Origin: Laetmonice hystrix
Lineage: Eukaryota
DNA length: 64,000 nt
Assembly (NCBI GenBank): GCA_965235115.1
Contig: OZ249436.1
Location: 22,322,001-22,386,000, forward strand
Direction: 5' to 3'
This document shows, in pieces, positions 42,893-56,518 of this stretch; positions within the stretch are counted from its first letter, which is position 1; each line of letters begins with the position of its first letter. A program made the translations under genes and the position numbers. The notes beneath the pieces are model-generated. The model was given only the letters and a program-made list of their open reading frames with translations. It was not told the DNA's origin and did no database searches.

Positions 42893-43527
42893 CCCGCTAG
42901 CCCCCCGTTTAGACAAGGCCGAAGGTGTGAGAAATCTGTGCCGGTAGCCCCCCGCTCGGCTATTCCACTCCCTGACACAACCCCCCCCCCCACCACCACC
43001 ACTGAGGCGTGGACGGAGTTGGTGGTGGGGGGGGGGGGGCGGGTCAACGGCGGGACTTGGCGGTTCACATGCTGCCGATGCAGGCAGGCCGTCAGCCAGC
43101 CCCCAAAAGAAAGAAAAAGTATTGACTCCCGATTGCACCAGTTAGGCTTAGACTATGATATGCCACAGAATGATGGAGTCCTACATGAAGGCGGTTGGCC
43201 ATATGATGGACAATGCTTAAGTAAGGCAGTGGTTGAGTGTATAACTGTGATTCTAACTAACACCATAATACAGTTTCAGTCCCGTAACACCCGTAAACAG
43301 TCATTTATATATCTAGTAACACCCCCTAATTATTTGTCGCTTGCCTTTTAGTTATCTAGAACTAGGCCTATACATTACAATGCAAGTTCCTTGCCCTTAC
43401 CATCGCTGACCGCTGACCACCCCAAATCTCATAAGGGGGTAGTGCCTGATAGTGGAACAGCCGAGCGGGGGGCTACCGGCACAGATTTCTCACACCTTCG
43501 GCCCTGTCTAAACGGGGGGCTAGCGGG
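42893..43527. mobile_element. MITE-like element / foldback with 77-bp terminal inverted repeats
   Basis: 42893-42969 is the reverse complement of 43451-43527 with two mismatches; ~480-bp non-coding interior. Confidence 0.75.
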
Positions 43528-43713
43528 CGGGGGGCTAGCGGGATGATACCGTCTCACCCAGCACATGATCACGGATGGGTTTATAAAACGGACTGATATC
43601 GTGCTCTATGGCATCTGTCACCTCTATAACTACCTAAACAAAGGACCTTCAAATGTTGGCCATTTTACGACAATCACATCACATATTTCACGTGAAAAAA
43701 AGAGAGAAATGAG

Positions 43714-43716
<3 letters not shown>

Positions 43717-43746
<30 letters not shown>
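43717..43746. repeat. (CT)n microsatellite
   Basis: About 15 CT units. Confidence 0.95.
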
Positions 43747-43750
<4 letters not shown>

Positions 43751-45933
43751 AAATGATATATTCTGGAAGCAATTATTCTCGTTAATAAAAAAAAAAAAAC
43801 CCTTCAGATGTGTCAAAACTGGTATCTTCAGCCCACCCGTCATCGTTCTGGACGGTTAAACACTCCTCGAAGACTGAGATATTTGTATATTGATCGAAAG
43901 TAACTTTAGATCCTTCAACATTTTGCAAATGACGGACATGGGTGCATCTTCCTCAGAAAAAAGGTTGGTCTCCTCGCAGGTATAGGAGGTGCAGCATGAA
44001 GAAGCGCGTCAAATATGACAGTTGTTGATTTTTGTATGACCCCAGCGACAATAGTTGTCACATTAATGACACGGAGATTGGCCAGATTTAGCGGCGTTAG
44101 GCCCGGATAACAATGTTTGTTTACATGGATGACATCTGAATTGAGGCATGTTCACGCAGACAATGACGTCTAGGACCCCCGAATCGTACACACCTGGCCT
44201 TGCAGCTCCGTGTTTTCAACTCTTGGAACACAAACCCGTTTTTGTACGGACATGTCAAGCATGTTTGTGTGGCGCTGCACGTACGGTCCGCCACGCACGG
44301 CGGCATGACGTGTTTGCAGTGTTGAATGTTAAACCAAGACTCGGGGGCAGACCAAACCTCGTGATGCTCAATGGAAACACAATCAATAGTATGGACAGAG
44401 GAAAATCCCACGGCTAACAGTCGAGCGGCCACCAACGTCAATGGAAGGAGGCACTATATACCCATCAGTTTATGTAACTTCTACCAAACTCAAACTCTAA
44501 CTCTATATTTTCCTCCTCAATCAGGTCCAAATTATGATACGGATCAAATATTCAATATCAACCGCACATTGATCTATACTATACGTCCAATCATACAAGT
44601 ACCCTGCTTAATGTTTCTATACCCAACATCCCTTAAAGAATTCTCAGCAAGGATATGATCGCTAAGATGAATACGCAAGTGGCAACCTGCAAGTTCCCTT
44701 TAAGGAGGGTTTTACTGGTTAAAAATATCATTTATTACCATGAGATATACAATAATGTTACGTACACCGATATGATATTGCACTTCCTAGAGTCCACAAG
44801 GGACACATTGTGAAAAATATTGAAAAGTACCAAATGCCGACTTTTTCCCCTAAGGGGATAACTGACCCGGAAAAAAACAATTCTGCCTATAAACCGGCGA
44901 TAATTGTCACGTTTTCACTGCGTTATATGGTCGTTAGCTCATAGTTTCATGTACTTCATTCAAATAATAATAGTAAGTAAACAGTAGACATGAGTCCCTT
45001 TAATGTATGAACATGTATGCACCCCGTGTTTCTAATGACGTGTAATACGAGTTTCTGGCAGGATTCGCACGAATTATAAACTCGTTATTTTCGTTATCAT
45101 ATGTGATGGATAGTCTACCAATAGCAGCAGGGAAGGCGCGGCAATCAAATAATATCAGAATGTATTTTTGACTATATTTTAAGCCACTTCTTTAGTCTTT
45201 TCTGATATTCATGTGTATTTTCCCGTTTAAGGACTGCAATTTATCTGTCAGTTCTAGTTTCCATCTGTCTGTCTCCAAGCAGCACACAGACATTCTGCGA
45301 ATGTTCTGACCCGAGTTTACCCGGGTGTGAGAAAGTACACAAGATATTATGTATCATGCGACGTCCTAATCCCCAGCTTTGTGCCGGCGGTGGGCCGGCG
45401 GCGGAGGCCCAGCGGCCGGCTGCCGTGTTTGGACACAGGCAGTGCCGCCGACATGGACCGCGCGGAAATCTGTGTGACCAGCTTAAACGGTGATTCAGGC
45501 AATGGGCATATTGGTTAATTATTGATTGTGGGGTACACAGAGACAGGTGAAATGTGATCATCAGAGAGCAAGTCAACACTGGCTCCATTGACGCTGCCTG
45601 ACAGTGGGAGGGGTGGGGGTGGGGGTGGGCGAGGGTGGGCGAGGGGTGGGGTGGGGGAGAGCGTGACCGGGGTGGGTACAACCTCAGCCTGGCCAGCATG
45701 TAGGACTGAGATCAAAACCGATCCTAACACACTCACCGGACACGTCTGATCAACCATCCATCCACAAAGTCCAAAGATGGATTTATGAGCACAAGCCAGA
45801 CTTCCTGAACTCCCCCTGCTCTGAGTAATCAAACTTACATTCGTCCGTGAGAAATGAACCCCAGTACAAAGTGGTATAATCAGGCATGTGGGCCATTCAG
45901 CCTATAAACGGAGGTCGTATACAAGTAACCTGT

Positions 45934-46300
45934 GGTAACCATTGGAGATAGGTAACAGAAACCATTGGAGATAGGTAACAGAAACCATTGGAGATAGGTA
46001 ACAGAAGCCATTGGAGATAGGTAACAGAAGCCATTGGAGATAGGTAACAGAAATCATTGGAGATAGGTAACAGAAGCCATTGGAGATAGGTAACAGAAAC
46101 CATTGGAGATAGGTAACAGAAGCCATTGGAGATAGGTAACAGAAGCCATTGGAGATAGGTAACAGAAATCATTGGAGATAGGTAACAGAAGCCATTGGAG
46201 ATAGGTAACAGAAATCATTGGAGATAGGTAACAGAAACCATTGGAGATATAGGTAACAGAAACCATTGGAGATAGGTAACAGAAACCATTGGAGATAGGT
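45934..46300. repeat. Minisatellite, 23-bp unit (ccattggagataggtaacagaaa/g), ~16 copies
   Basis: Period 23 (45962 vs 45985). Confidence 0.97.
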
Positions 46301-49300
46301 GTGAAGATATCAATTAGGCAATATGAGTTGGGCATTCTCTCGTCTACGACCATGATATAGAGGATTAAGTGATACAACCTTTGTGTAAAGATATCAAATA
46401 AAGTTTGCTGTCACACCACCTGCAAACATTGATCTCTGGCCTGCCCGGCTCCCAGCCCTCCCCCAGTCCTGACCATGGTGTTGTATTGCCACTGAGAGAT
46501 TCTGTGGAACAATACAACCGACGCATCCCTCCCTTAATGTGGGCAGAACTGAATTTTTAATGTGCGCACATTTGCTTGCTATCGCAGGCGACACCGGCAA
46601 AAGTCAATATGACTGAGTCTGTGGTAGGCGGCAGTGTGAACGGAGGTAATTCTCGCTGCCCGTCTGTTTTCAGCGAATAATTTCCCCACGGAGTGCTCCC
46701 GATTCCATTACAATGATTTGACAGATGCGGGAGTGGTAGTCACAGCAGCAAAACACATAAAGGTGACTTGTTACTGCTTGATACGTTTGAACACGCCCGC
46801 ACCATATCCCAGCAACAGAAATCTCCTTTCTGATACAAAGCCAAAGATTTCTCCTGTGAATATGTTCACGATATGACGCCCTGAGCCCCTGGAGACGTCG
46901 ACCATATACAGCTCACTTCATATCTTCCAGGTCCCAAATGAACAGCTCCCTCTTCAGTATTTCTCATCACTGCCGAGTGTTTTATTACTAAACTGGTAGA
47001 GAAACGTCTACGGAAGCCTAAGACTGCTCACTTTATCACCATCTTTGTCCTTGATATCCCTCTGTCTCACCTGTGAGCAGTGCAGAGCACAAAGTGGTGA
47101 AACATGTACATCCGTTAGCGCAATCCTGCAGGGAATTCAAGTTAAATCGTCGCCATTTATAGAAAGGAGAATAAATACGGGTGATTCGTCGGCGTGCCTG
47201 CTTTCAATCGTCATGCTTTCCAGGTTCGCTTCCCTTTGACTCGCATGCCGTCAACTTCTTTGACAATTAAACTTCAAGATGAATGACTTACATCACTGGA
47301 GGGCAACTGTTCATGGCTTATTATCGGGTCGTGCTTTCTCCCAAACGACAATTAAACATATTTTTAGCTATCAGTTCCTGAGATATTCTATACATATCGA
47401 GTAACAGAGAATGTACACTGACTTTTACAGAAAAGCCCGATCTCATATGCACGGCAAACTGACATTTCTCTACAACATAGAACGAGTGCAGCATATAATA
47501 CTTTGTAAGGGGATTTACACAAGGGATATGTCCTGGATGAAAATGTCAACTGATTTTGTCCTCCAGAAAAGGTCCATATGAGCCCACACACTTAAAAAAC
47601 AGGATGCACAGGAAATACCGTATTCACGACTGCATCAGTTTAAAATGGATTTATAGACACCACTTTCTCCGTAAAAAAACCCAGCTATAGTAAGCCAATA
47701 ATGGAAACAGGAAACGTAATATTTCTGATTAGGTGGGACCATATAAGTGGATTATTATTTTATTTCTTAAAGTCCAAATGACGTTTGTTATTGTTAAAAT
47801 TACACCTGGACCGAACCCTAGAACTACTAAGACTAAGCAAATATTGGCATTCATCCGAATCTCAGTGTTAACACAATAGATCCGCCACCTAATCGAACTA
47901 GTAAATGTGCACCCTCTCAATATCCTCAGGCAATGCCTATACGTGTTATCAGCTGATCTAAGGGCGTCGTGTATTATTGTTAGCCAGAGTCCGGCGTGTA
48001 CGGATATCGTACACGTTCGGTATAGCTATTAGATTTCTGATATTGAGTGGCTATATGTTAGCAGTGTATGTAGAGGACGGTGGGTGGGGGAGGCGGCGGC
48101 CGACGGACGGTCGGTCGGCCGACGGGACGAGCGACGTGCGGCGGACTCGGTTACTGTTCGCCGTTACAACTGTCAACGCCCAACTCTTCTCGCTCAGCGC
48201 GGCCCGACAAGATTTACTGTCGCTACAGTCGACACCTACAAACTTACATGCAGCAGCTAACAATGGCTTCATTCAAAGCTTGTTTTTTTAAATGTAAAGA
48301 AAAGTCACGAAGTTTCAACGTTTAACTTAGTCACCCCCTACCTCCGTTAAATTGTACAGAATTAGTCACAATACTTACATAAAATGTCATGTAATAAGTA
48401 AGATGTTGCATTTAACATGGACTACCATAAATACGGAGATATTCCGACTTGAGTTGAATTGAACATATCCTGGATTTCATTACGATCATGCGTCGAATGT
48501 AACCAACCTACCTTCAAGTTCTTTCTTTGAGAAACTTTTTTCTTATATAAATTCTTTAACTCAAGCATCATAATAAATAGAGACTTCTGTGTCGGGACGA
48601 TCGAGTCACCATGCCCGATATCAACGCGATATTCTTTTTTGATGCGAAGTCACAAATTTCGCCTTGTTAGAGGATGTCTAGTGTTAAAACATTGCGCAGT
48701 TCACACGAGGACATGAAATCCACGTTTTATGAGGTTTTAATATCAGCGAGCAGGATTATAACAAACAGAACATACAAACCTATCGCACCCTGTTAATCAC
48801 ATCGCCACCACAATGCAATAATTTGCCTTTTACTGTGCATAGTTTGAAGGTCAGCCCGTATGTACAGTTCTCTTTGACCCCTATTAGTGCCAGGGTCAAA
48901 AGCCCCCCCCCCCCCCCGTGTGGGGATGGGGATGCTGTGTGCAGGGATGATTTGAGTTTTGATAAATGTGCTGGACTCATCATATCCAGCCATTCCATCC
49001 CCACATCATGATGACCCCTGTCTTCAGTAATTATGTCTGTCCTCAGTATACCGTGTCACCGGGACACAGCGCCGGGAATTACCGACTCCTACAAATACCA
49101 AGGCCCCTAAAGACGCTAGGTTTTGGATATTGATAATAAGTCATCGCCCCACGAGGCATGCCTGTGGTTGCTATCATTAGACTCTATGACATACTGACAC
49201 GAAGACCAGTTGATCAGATGGACTCCAGCGATGTCATCTAGAAATCACGACTGATGTTAGCTGGGAGGGCCGACCACGAGGTGATGGTTGGCCGGCACGA

Positions 49301-51140
49301 GAGCCGGGCCACAAGCCCCCTGTCCGCTCCCCCTTCCCCCGGCCTCGCCAACTTCGCATGTCCTCCTCTCATAATCTTTGCTCTTTTCATGTCCAACACA
49401 TTAAGCTGGCGTAAGCTGTGGCCGACTGGGAACGCCAAGTCTGACGGCCATTTCACTTTCATCCATCTCCGATGCAGCAACAAATTTGCCGAAGTGCACA
49501 ACGTGTAAATGAAATTGACGGCATGTGTCAAGCGCCAGGAGGATTGGTGCGGGTTTAACACTCCTGGCCCCAAACGGCCCAAGCATGCGTCCAAGCGGCA
49601 AGTGCGGCGGGAGTGCCCGGCCCAGCGCGCCTGGATTACGGATCACCATGTAATTTTGTTGTGTGTGCCGACTGCACTTTTGAATTATGAAGCACGAGGC
49701 GGAGCAGACAACGCATTGTAATTGTAGCCACTTTGAACTCCTAATCCTGCCAAATGATCACAGGAGGCCGCTAAACGTGGAAAAATGATCCCGCCTCCTA
49801 AAACAGACAAAAAAAACCCGACTGCTCCTCTCGTTCATCCCTCGCTGCAACTCTGCCTCTACTTCCTACTGTTCTATTCAACCATCCGCTCCCCGGCCTA
49901 AAATCATACCTGAAACAGTGCAGTCTGCCTCACAACTCTCTGAATATTTAATTGAAGGGAATTCAGTTGCTGTCCATGAATTTCTATCAAATCTACTGGC
50001 TTTTATGTTTGGTGACAATGAAGCAGTGCAGTGAGTGAAAAGCCGGTCTCCAGCATCCCGCCAACCACTGCATGGTAAGGCCGCCACCTCATACAGCCTC
50101 AATGGTCATGTCCTCCACGCCACTAGTCCTTATTATCCCGGTGCCATTTCAATGAAACCGACCCAGAATCAGACCGGGATGACGTAGTTGATGCTGGTAA
50201 CTTTTGGCCTTTCTGAGTGGTTGGGTTGGGCGGGTAGATCACAGGTTATCCGGCCGTGCACCGACTTGTGCCGGCGGTCGCGCGCAGTATACACCCAGCC
50301 AGCCGCCGTCCATTTATAGCGTCAACCACAGGCGTCACCCGCCGCCGAGCGTCTCTACCCCGCCATCAGCGTCCCTCTATAACAACCATGCTCTATCGCC
50401 ACCCAAAATAACTCAACCCACGCCAAATTGAGCCAATTTAGGACCATAACAAAATACTAGTGTCTTTACTTCGCTAGGTCATTATATGAAATCAATTTAA
50501 AGCATACACTTGATTGTTATAATTTTCCAAAGGCCACCTCCGCATACAATAAATGTTATTCAAACGCTCTTTTCGTCAGCTGAAGCCTACTTTTACTTCC
50601 TCTGTCACTGAAACTGTAGTTCTCACTGGAAGGGAAACTGAAACGTGCTTTACCGTCCCCTGGCAGACAAAACCACAGACTGTCTCCAGATTGGCTGGAC
50701 GTCGACAAACAGTCTCCGCGGTCTGGAGCTCCCAAACCTTGTTTTGGCCTAAATTGTGTAAATACTTGAAAAAGAAACACAAGGCAGCGGCTCTAAATTA
50801 CCGTCTTCCTTCTTATATATTTAATACTGAAAGTAATTAAACATGCAACTCTGCTATAATACACAAAGCGCTACGAGTTATTGCCTTTTTCCTAATCATC
50901 TGTAATGACGTATTTACACTGTGGTTAATTAGTATGAGGTAGAAGCGCGTTTAGTACTGTTGACATTCTCATGACCCTGAAGTAGATAGATGCAGCGCTC
51001 GGAGCTGATGGTCAGACTGAAGGTTCGCAGGTCAGAAAGTCCCTCCTGGCTGACATAATTTATTGACTCATTGATTGTGGTGACAGTCACCCGCCGTGTC
51101 CAGGTAAGGGATGCCACCTATGGCAGGTAATAAAGACATG

Positions 51141-52153
51141 ACGGACGCCGGCCACCACACCTGTACATGTAGATTATGCAGGCCACGGACGCCGGCCACC
51201 ACACCTGTACAGGTAGATTATGCAGGCCATGGACGCCGGCCACCACACCTGTACAGGTAGATTATGCAGGCCACGGACGCCGGCCACCACACCTGTACAG
51301 GTAGATTATGCAGGCCACGGACGCCGGCCACCACACCTGTACAGGTAGATTATGCAGGCCACGGACGCCGGCCACCACACCTGTACAGGTAGATTATGCA
51401 GGCCATGGACGCCGGCCACCACACCTGTACAGGTAGATTATGCAGGCCATGGACGCCGGCCACCACACCTGTACAGGTAGATTATGCAGGCCACGGACGC
51501 CGGCCACCAAACCTGTACAGGTAGATTATGCAGGCCACGGACGCCGGCCACCACACCTGTACAGGTAGATTATGCAGGCCATGGACGCCGGCCACCACAC
51601 CTGTACAGGTAGATTATGCAGGCCACGGACGCCGGCCACCACACCTGTACAGGTAGATTATGCAGGCCACGGACGCCGGCCACCACACCTGTACAGGTAG
51701 ATTATGCAGGCCACGGACGCCGGCCACCACACCTGTACAGGTAGATTATGCAGGCCATGGACGCCGGCCACCACACCTGTACAGGTAGATTATGCAGGCC
51801 ATGGACGCCGGCCACCACACCTGTACAGGTAGATTATGCAGGCCACGGACGCCGGCCACCACACCTGTACAGGTAGATTATGCAGGCCACGGACGCCGGC
51901 CACCACACCTGTACAGGTAGATTATACAGGCCATGGACGCCGGCCACCACACCTGTACAGGTAGATTATGAAGGCCATGGACGCCGGCCACCACACCTGT
52001 ACAGGTAGATTATGCAGGCCATGGACGCCGGCCACCACACCTGTACAGGTAGATTATGCAGGCCATGGACGCCGGCCACCACACCTGTACAGGTAGATTA
52101 TGCAGGCCATGGACGCCGGCCACCACACCTGTACAGGTAGATTATCCAGGCCA
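51141..52153. repeat. Minisatellite, 44-bp unit (ggacgccggccaccacacctgtacaggtagattatgcaggccac/t), ~23 copies
   Basis: Period 44 (51143 vs 51187). The unit contains the perfect 12-bp palindrome ACCTGTACAGGT. Confidence 0.98.
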
Positions 52154-54526
52154 GCCCATTACCTATAACTCCTCTCATTCAAGTACGTCGTTCACACTAC
52201 AGATTTTTGGCCTTAACTATTTGTTTCTATGTTAACAAGGCCACGCATTCAAACGGTCGGAGGCATGCAGTGATATAAAATGCAATTACATAACGTGAAT
52301 TTAATTAGACCGCAGAGCACGGCACCGCACCCCGCTTAGGAATATTAAACCTTATATTCACATCTGGTAAATTCTAACAGCCTCTTTTATGTAAATTCTC
52401 ATAATGGGAGTTCTAGTCGTATAGCTACGATCTTTGAATGCTGTATCTTAGACATATATGTCATCATGTTCCATATAGCATTTCTAAGACTTGGGGAATA
52501 AAACGAATACACAAAACTTAGATATATGCCAGTCACCATGTCTTTAGAAATTTAGCGATTTCATAGTTTTCCTGCCGTTTTCATCATCATTTACTCTGAT
52601 GGAAATTGCTCTGAGAGAAATTCAGCCCAGTAAGCAACTGACAGCGGGAGGGTTTGTAAACTGAAGGACTTGGGCTCCTTGACAATTTCAACACAATTTA
52701 CAACACAATAACACACTAAAATCTTGGGCTCATAATTCTACTCTCCATCTAGGGGAGATTATTCGTGGTCGATCTCTTTTTCCCTGGGCGGCGTACCCTC
52801 TGTCAGGACCCCCCCCCCCGGTGGTTTATTTGCCGACCTGACCCCCCACGGGGAGGCCGTAACGTCGGCTGTGCCCGGACGCTGGGCCGTCATCCGCCGG
52901 CAGCCGACACCCACGCTCTCGGTCTCTCACACACCGACTCCCTCCGATGTATCTCCTGCGAGTCGTCACTAATCTCCAACCACCCAGCCCCCACGGTGAA
53001 GGGTTCACACAGACCTGGCAGCAGGCCTGCCCGTTTTAAAAGCAAAACCCACCACTCCAAACCCCAGAGGTGAGCTGCCCTGCTTTTAGCTAATTTGTGC
53101 GCAAATGTGCACTGCTGCATCATGCCACTATACACGTTTCGGATCGCGCCGACATGAAAGCGCCAAGTGCGGGGCCTCATTCCATTCGACAATTTACTTA
53201 CGAATCACCGATCGATGCCGCCCGCATTACACCACATACATTTGTACATTCCAAACGGAAGAAAGACTCTGTTCTACAGAGGATTTTTTGTGTGATACAG
53301 ACCTTTGGAAATGGAGGTAACATAACGCAAAAACAAAGATTCAGAGACCAAGGCCTGCTGGGCTTAATGTGTCAGCAAAATCCATGTTTCACAGGTGTAG
53401 TCTCAAAACGCATCCACCCTACTTAGAAGGTCCCTGAAACAAAGCTTCGCGAAGCTTTTAATACATATATTTCAAACTGGCCTTAATGGCTCCAGTCGAC
53501 ATGACGAATTTCGATGTCTGTGTTGTTGAGAACCGCTCCACTGTTATGGCCGCCAGGTATAAATAGGACCTATGGATTTTACAATGCACTGTATACAATG
53601 TTTTCAGTCAGCATCTAATGCGGAAAACTTCGCAGCACAACAGGCATTATTCAGGGACCACTCTTATGTCGAATTACACCCAACCTCTTCCCATGTGTGA
53701 ACTATTAACTGCAGAAACCCGGCCCTTGTATAACAAATATATTTCTGTTTGTGTGGTGTGGCACCCCTAGCATGGTTCGGCTTGTCTTGTATTACTATCA
53801 TTAAACACAAGATTTTATCCCAATCATAATTATTTCCATAATTATTCCTATCACTGGTGATATCCCCACTATCAGTCTCTCTCATTATCCTACCCATTAC
53901 TCTGTACACAACCCGTACATCAGAGACATTCGTTACCTTGGTCACCTTGATCAGGTGAGCTTACCACTAAATAAAAAAAGGTGCCAGATAAAAACGTGTG
54001 CCTATTGTACGGGGCCACAGCACTGGCCAGGCAGCCTGTATTTGGCCCCATTCGGTTTGCCTTTAATTGAGCCGTACACGCAACATGGTGGGTGTTGTCA
54101 TCGGGCCCGATTGTCGTGTTTTCACTACCGTCCGTCATGAATCATGAATGATACAACGTACGCTGCTCGACTGTGCACTTACACGCTCTGCTAGAGACAA
54201 TAACATTCATATGATCGGCTGTCTGACGTGTATTCTACACCGTATCCCGCCTAGTCAATGCTAAATTAATTCAAAGTAAAATGAGGTGAATTTCCCAACG
54301 TTTATTGCTAAATATAGTGTAAATATATAACAATCGTCAACCAAAATAAGGCCTTCACAATAACCGAACGGCAAAGACAAATACGACCCTTCATCCATGT
54401 TTTTCATTTTCCTCGCTCTGCCTGAATCTTGTATTATGTTAAACAGGAGACATATGAAATGAATGTTTCCTTGGTTCCCCCGTGTCGAGAACTTCACGCC
54501 CATGTAGACCAATACGACTACAGCTA

Positions 54527-54539
54527 CGCCACCTAGTGG
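54527..54539 (-). promoter_or_regulatory. CTCF-like motif (CCACTAGGTGGCG)
   Basis: Matches the CTCF core consensus CCASYAGRKGGCR. Motif match only. Confidence 0.45.
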
Positions 54540-56518
54540 AGACAGCCTGTACTAATGGTAAGACTGGCCGCCTGAAGGTAGATAAGATACAATGCCCCTG
54601 GTGTTATAGATACCACAGTTAACCTGGGGTAGGATCGGCTAGAACCACAGATACCATCCTCCCTTTGATTACAAAGAACAATTTCATCTGGTCTGTTTTA
54701 CCTTATCTCGGACCAGGTTACGACTAGATAAGGATTAGGTACTTTATGAACCGCTGGAGACGGTAATCAGCCCCAGGCAGTGGAATCCATGACTGGTTAC
54801 GTAGAGTCACACTCTACCGACTCCTTTCTTCATCCAAGTACATTAATCTTGCCTGTATGTGTCGGGTTTGTTCCGAGTCATTCAGCAGATCCCTCAAACA
54901 TCCCTCTTTGATACCGGGGCCGTTTGATATTCTACGTGGTCAAAGCATGACGCACGTGTACTGCTGAACCCTGCTGGCTATCAGTTCAACATACACCCTC
55001 CTCCCTTCTACTCTACCCCAACCCGACTTTAATGGAGCCTTTCAACAACTATTGCACGCCCAGCAGCCCTGTTTTACGACCTGGCAATAACCGGTCATAC
55101 TCTGAACATTATGTCGGTCTAGGATGAAGACGTTTCGACTTTTCACATCTTTGGAATTGGTTCCCCCTGACATTCCAGCAGTGGGTGGATGGACGCAGTG
55201 CCTCCATGCTGTGTGATTCCATGGTACCTGATTCCATGCCGGTGTGGGTTCCCGGAGCAGTGTCACCAGGTCTGTACCAGGTACCCCCCCCCCCCGCCTC
55301 CTCTCCGGCCCGGATCTTTCAAACCCTCAGCCTACATGTAACCCAACTCAACATTTCCACGTGGCACCCTCGCCTGGGCTCCCTGAACTGGCGGGTCTCT
55401 ATAGTAATCTGTATTAGGGCCCGGACTATAAAATGAGGGAGGACGTGTAGCAAGGCAGCCACCGTAAGATTTGATGGATCTCAGCTATTATTTCATCCAA
55501 AGTTTCCTCTGTACACCATTCAATAGTACCAAACTGATTATTAGCAGCTCACCAGAGAGAGGCAGTGACTTCATGGTTTATATTTGAATACGAATGCTAC
55601 ATCTATCCCAGGATAAGTAATTAATTAATAAGGTAGTTACATTACCACTGGACAGGATGTGTCAGAAATAGTTAGACAGACCACCACATTGTACATTTAA
55701 AGATGAAGCCGTCCAACAGTAGAGCCAACCCTACATAAAACTGCACTTCATGTTTTGTATTCTGAGAAAAGGTTTCGCAGGATTTGACAACCTACGGAAA
55801 CACCCAAGCATATTGGATTACCTCTAACACAATACCGGTAGTCTTTCTTTCAATAGTACAATAAACTTTAATCAGCTTAGTAAGACAACGCCAGCAAGTG
55901 GGAGATATAGAATTCACGTACGATTAAAATTATCTGCGCCTTATAAAGCATCTCAAAATATGAATTTAATCTGTAATCTCCTCGAACGTTATCACGAGAA
56001 AAAAGGGGTCTAGCAGGTGAATGTCCTATTTTCCACCTTCAATACAAAGATGTGTTTATGAAGAAATCCACTTTTTTAACCGGATCGTTATGAATGAACT
56101 TATTCCCTGCAAAGTATAAATTTGTATAATCACGCCTTTTTTTTACACGTTTAATTTTTCAACCAACCGAAGGGCTTCAAACGCCGTCAGATCGAGTAAA
56201 TAATAACAATAATTACTTATATCAATTTGTAAATATGTACATATTCATATTTAAGTTATAATGCACACCATTTTCCAGTCTTGAGCAAACTATGCAACAG
56301 ATTTACTTGTATATGGCCAATGGCACAGTCCGCGGGGGAGGAAGAACAGCCAATATTGTATTGATCCCCGTCAACACTGTATAATGTTGTATTGGAATAT
56401 AAAAAAAAATCTTTTAACTAAGGGCTAATTCGAATTGACCCAGACAATACATTTTGCTTGGGAACAACAGTTTTGTGATTTACCCGGTACATGCAAACAC
56501 ACACAAAAACACCCCCAG

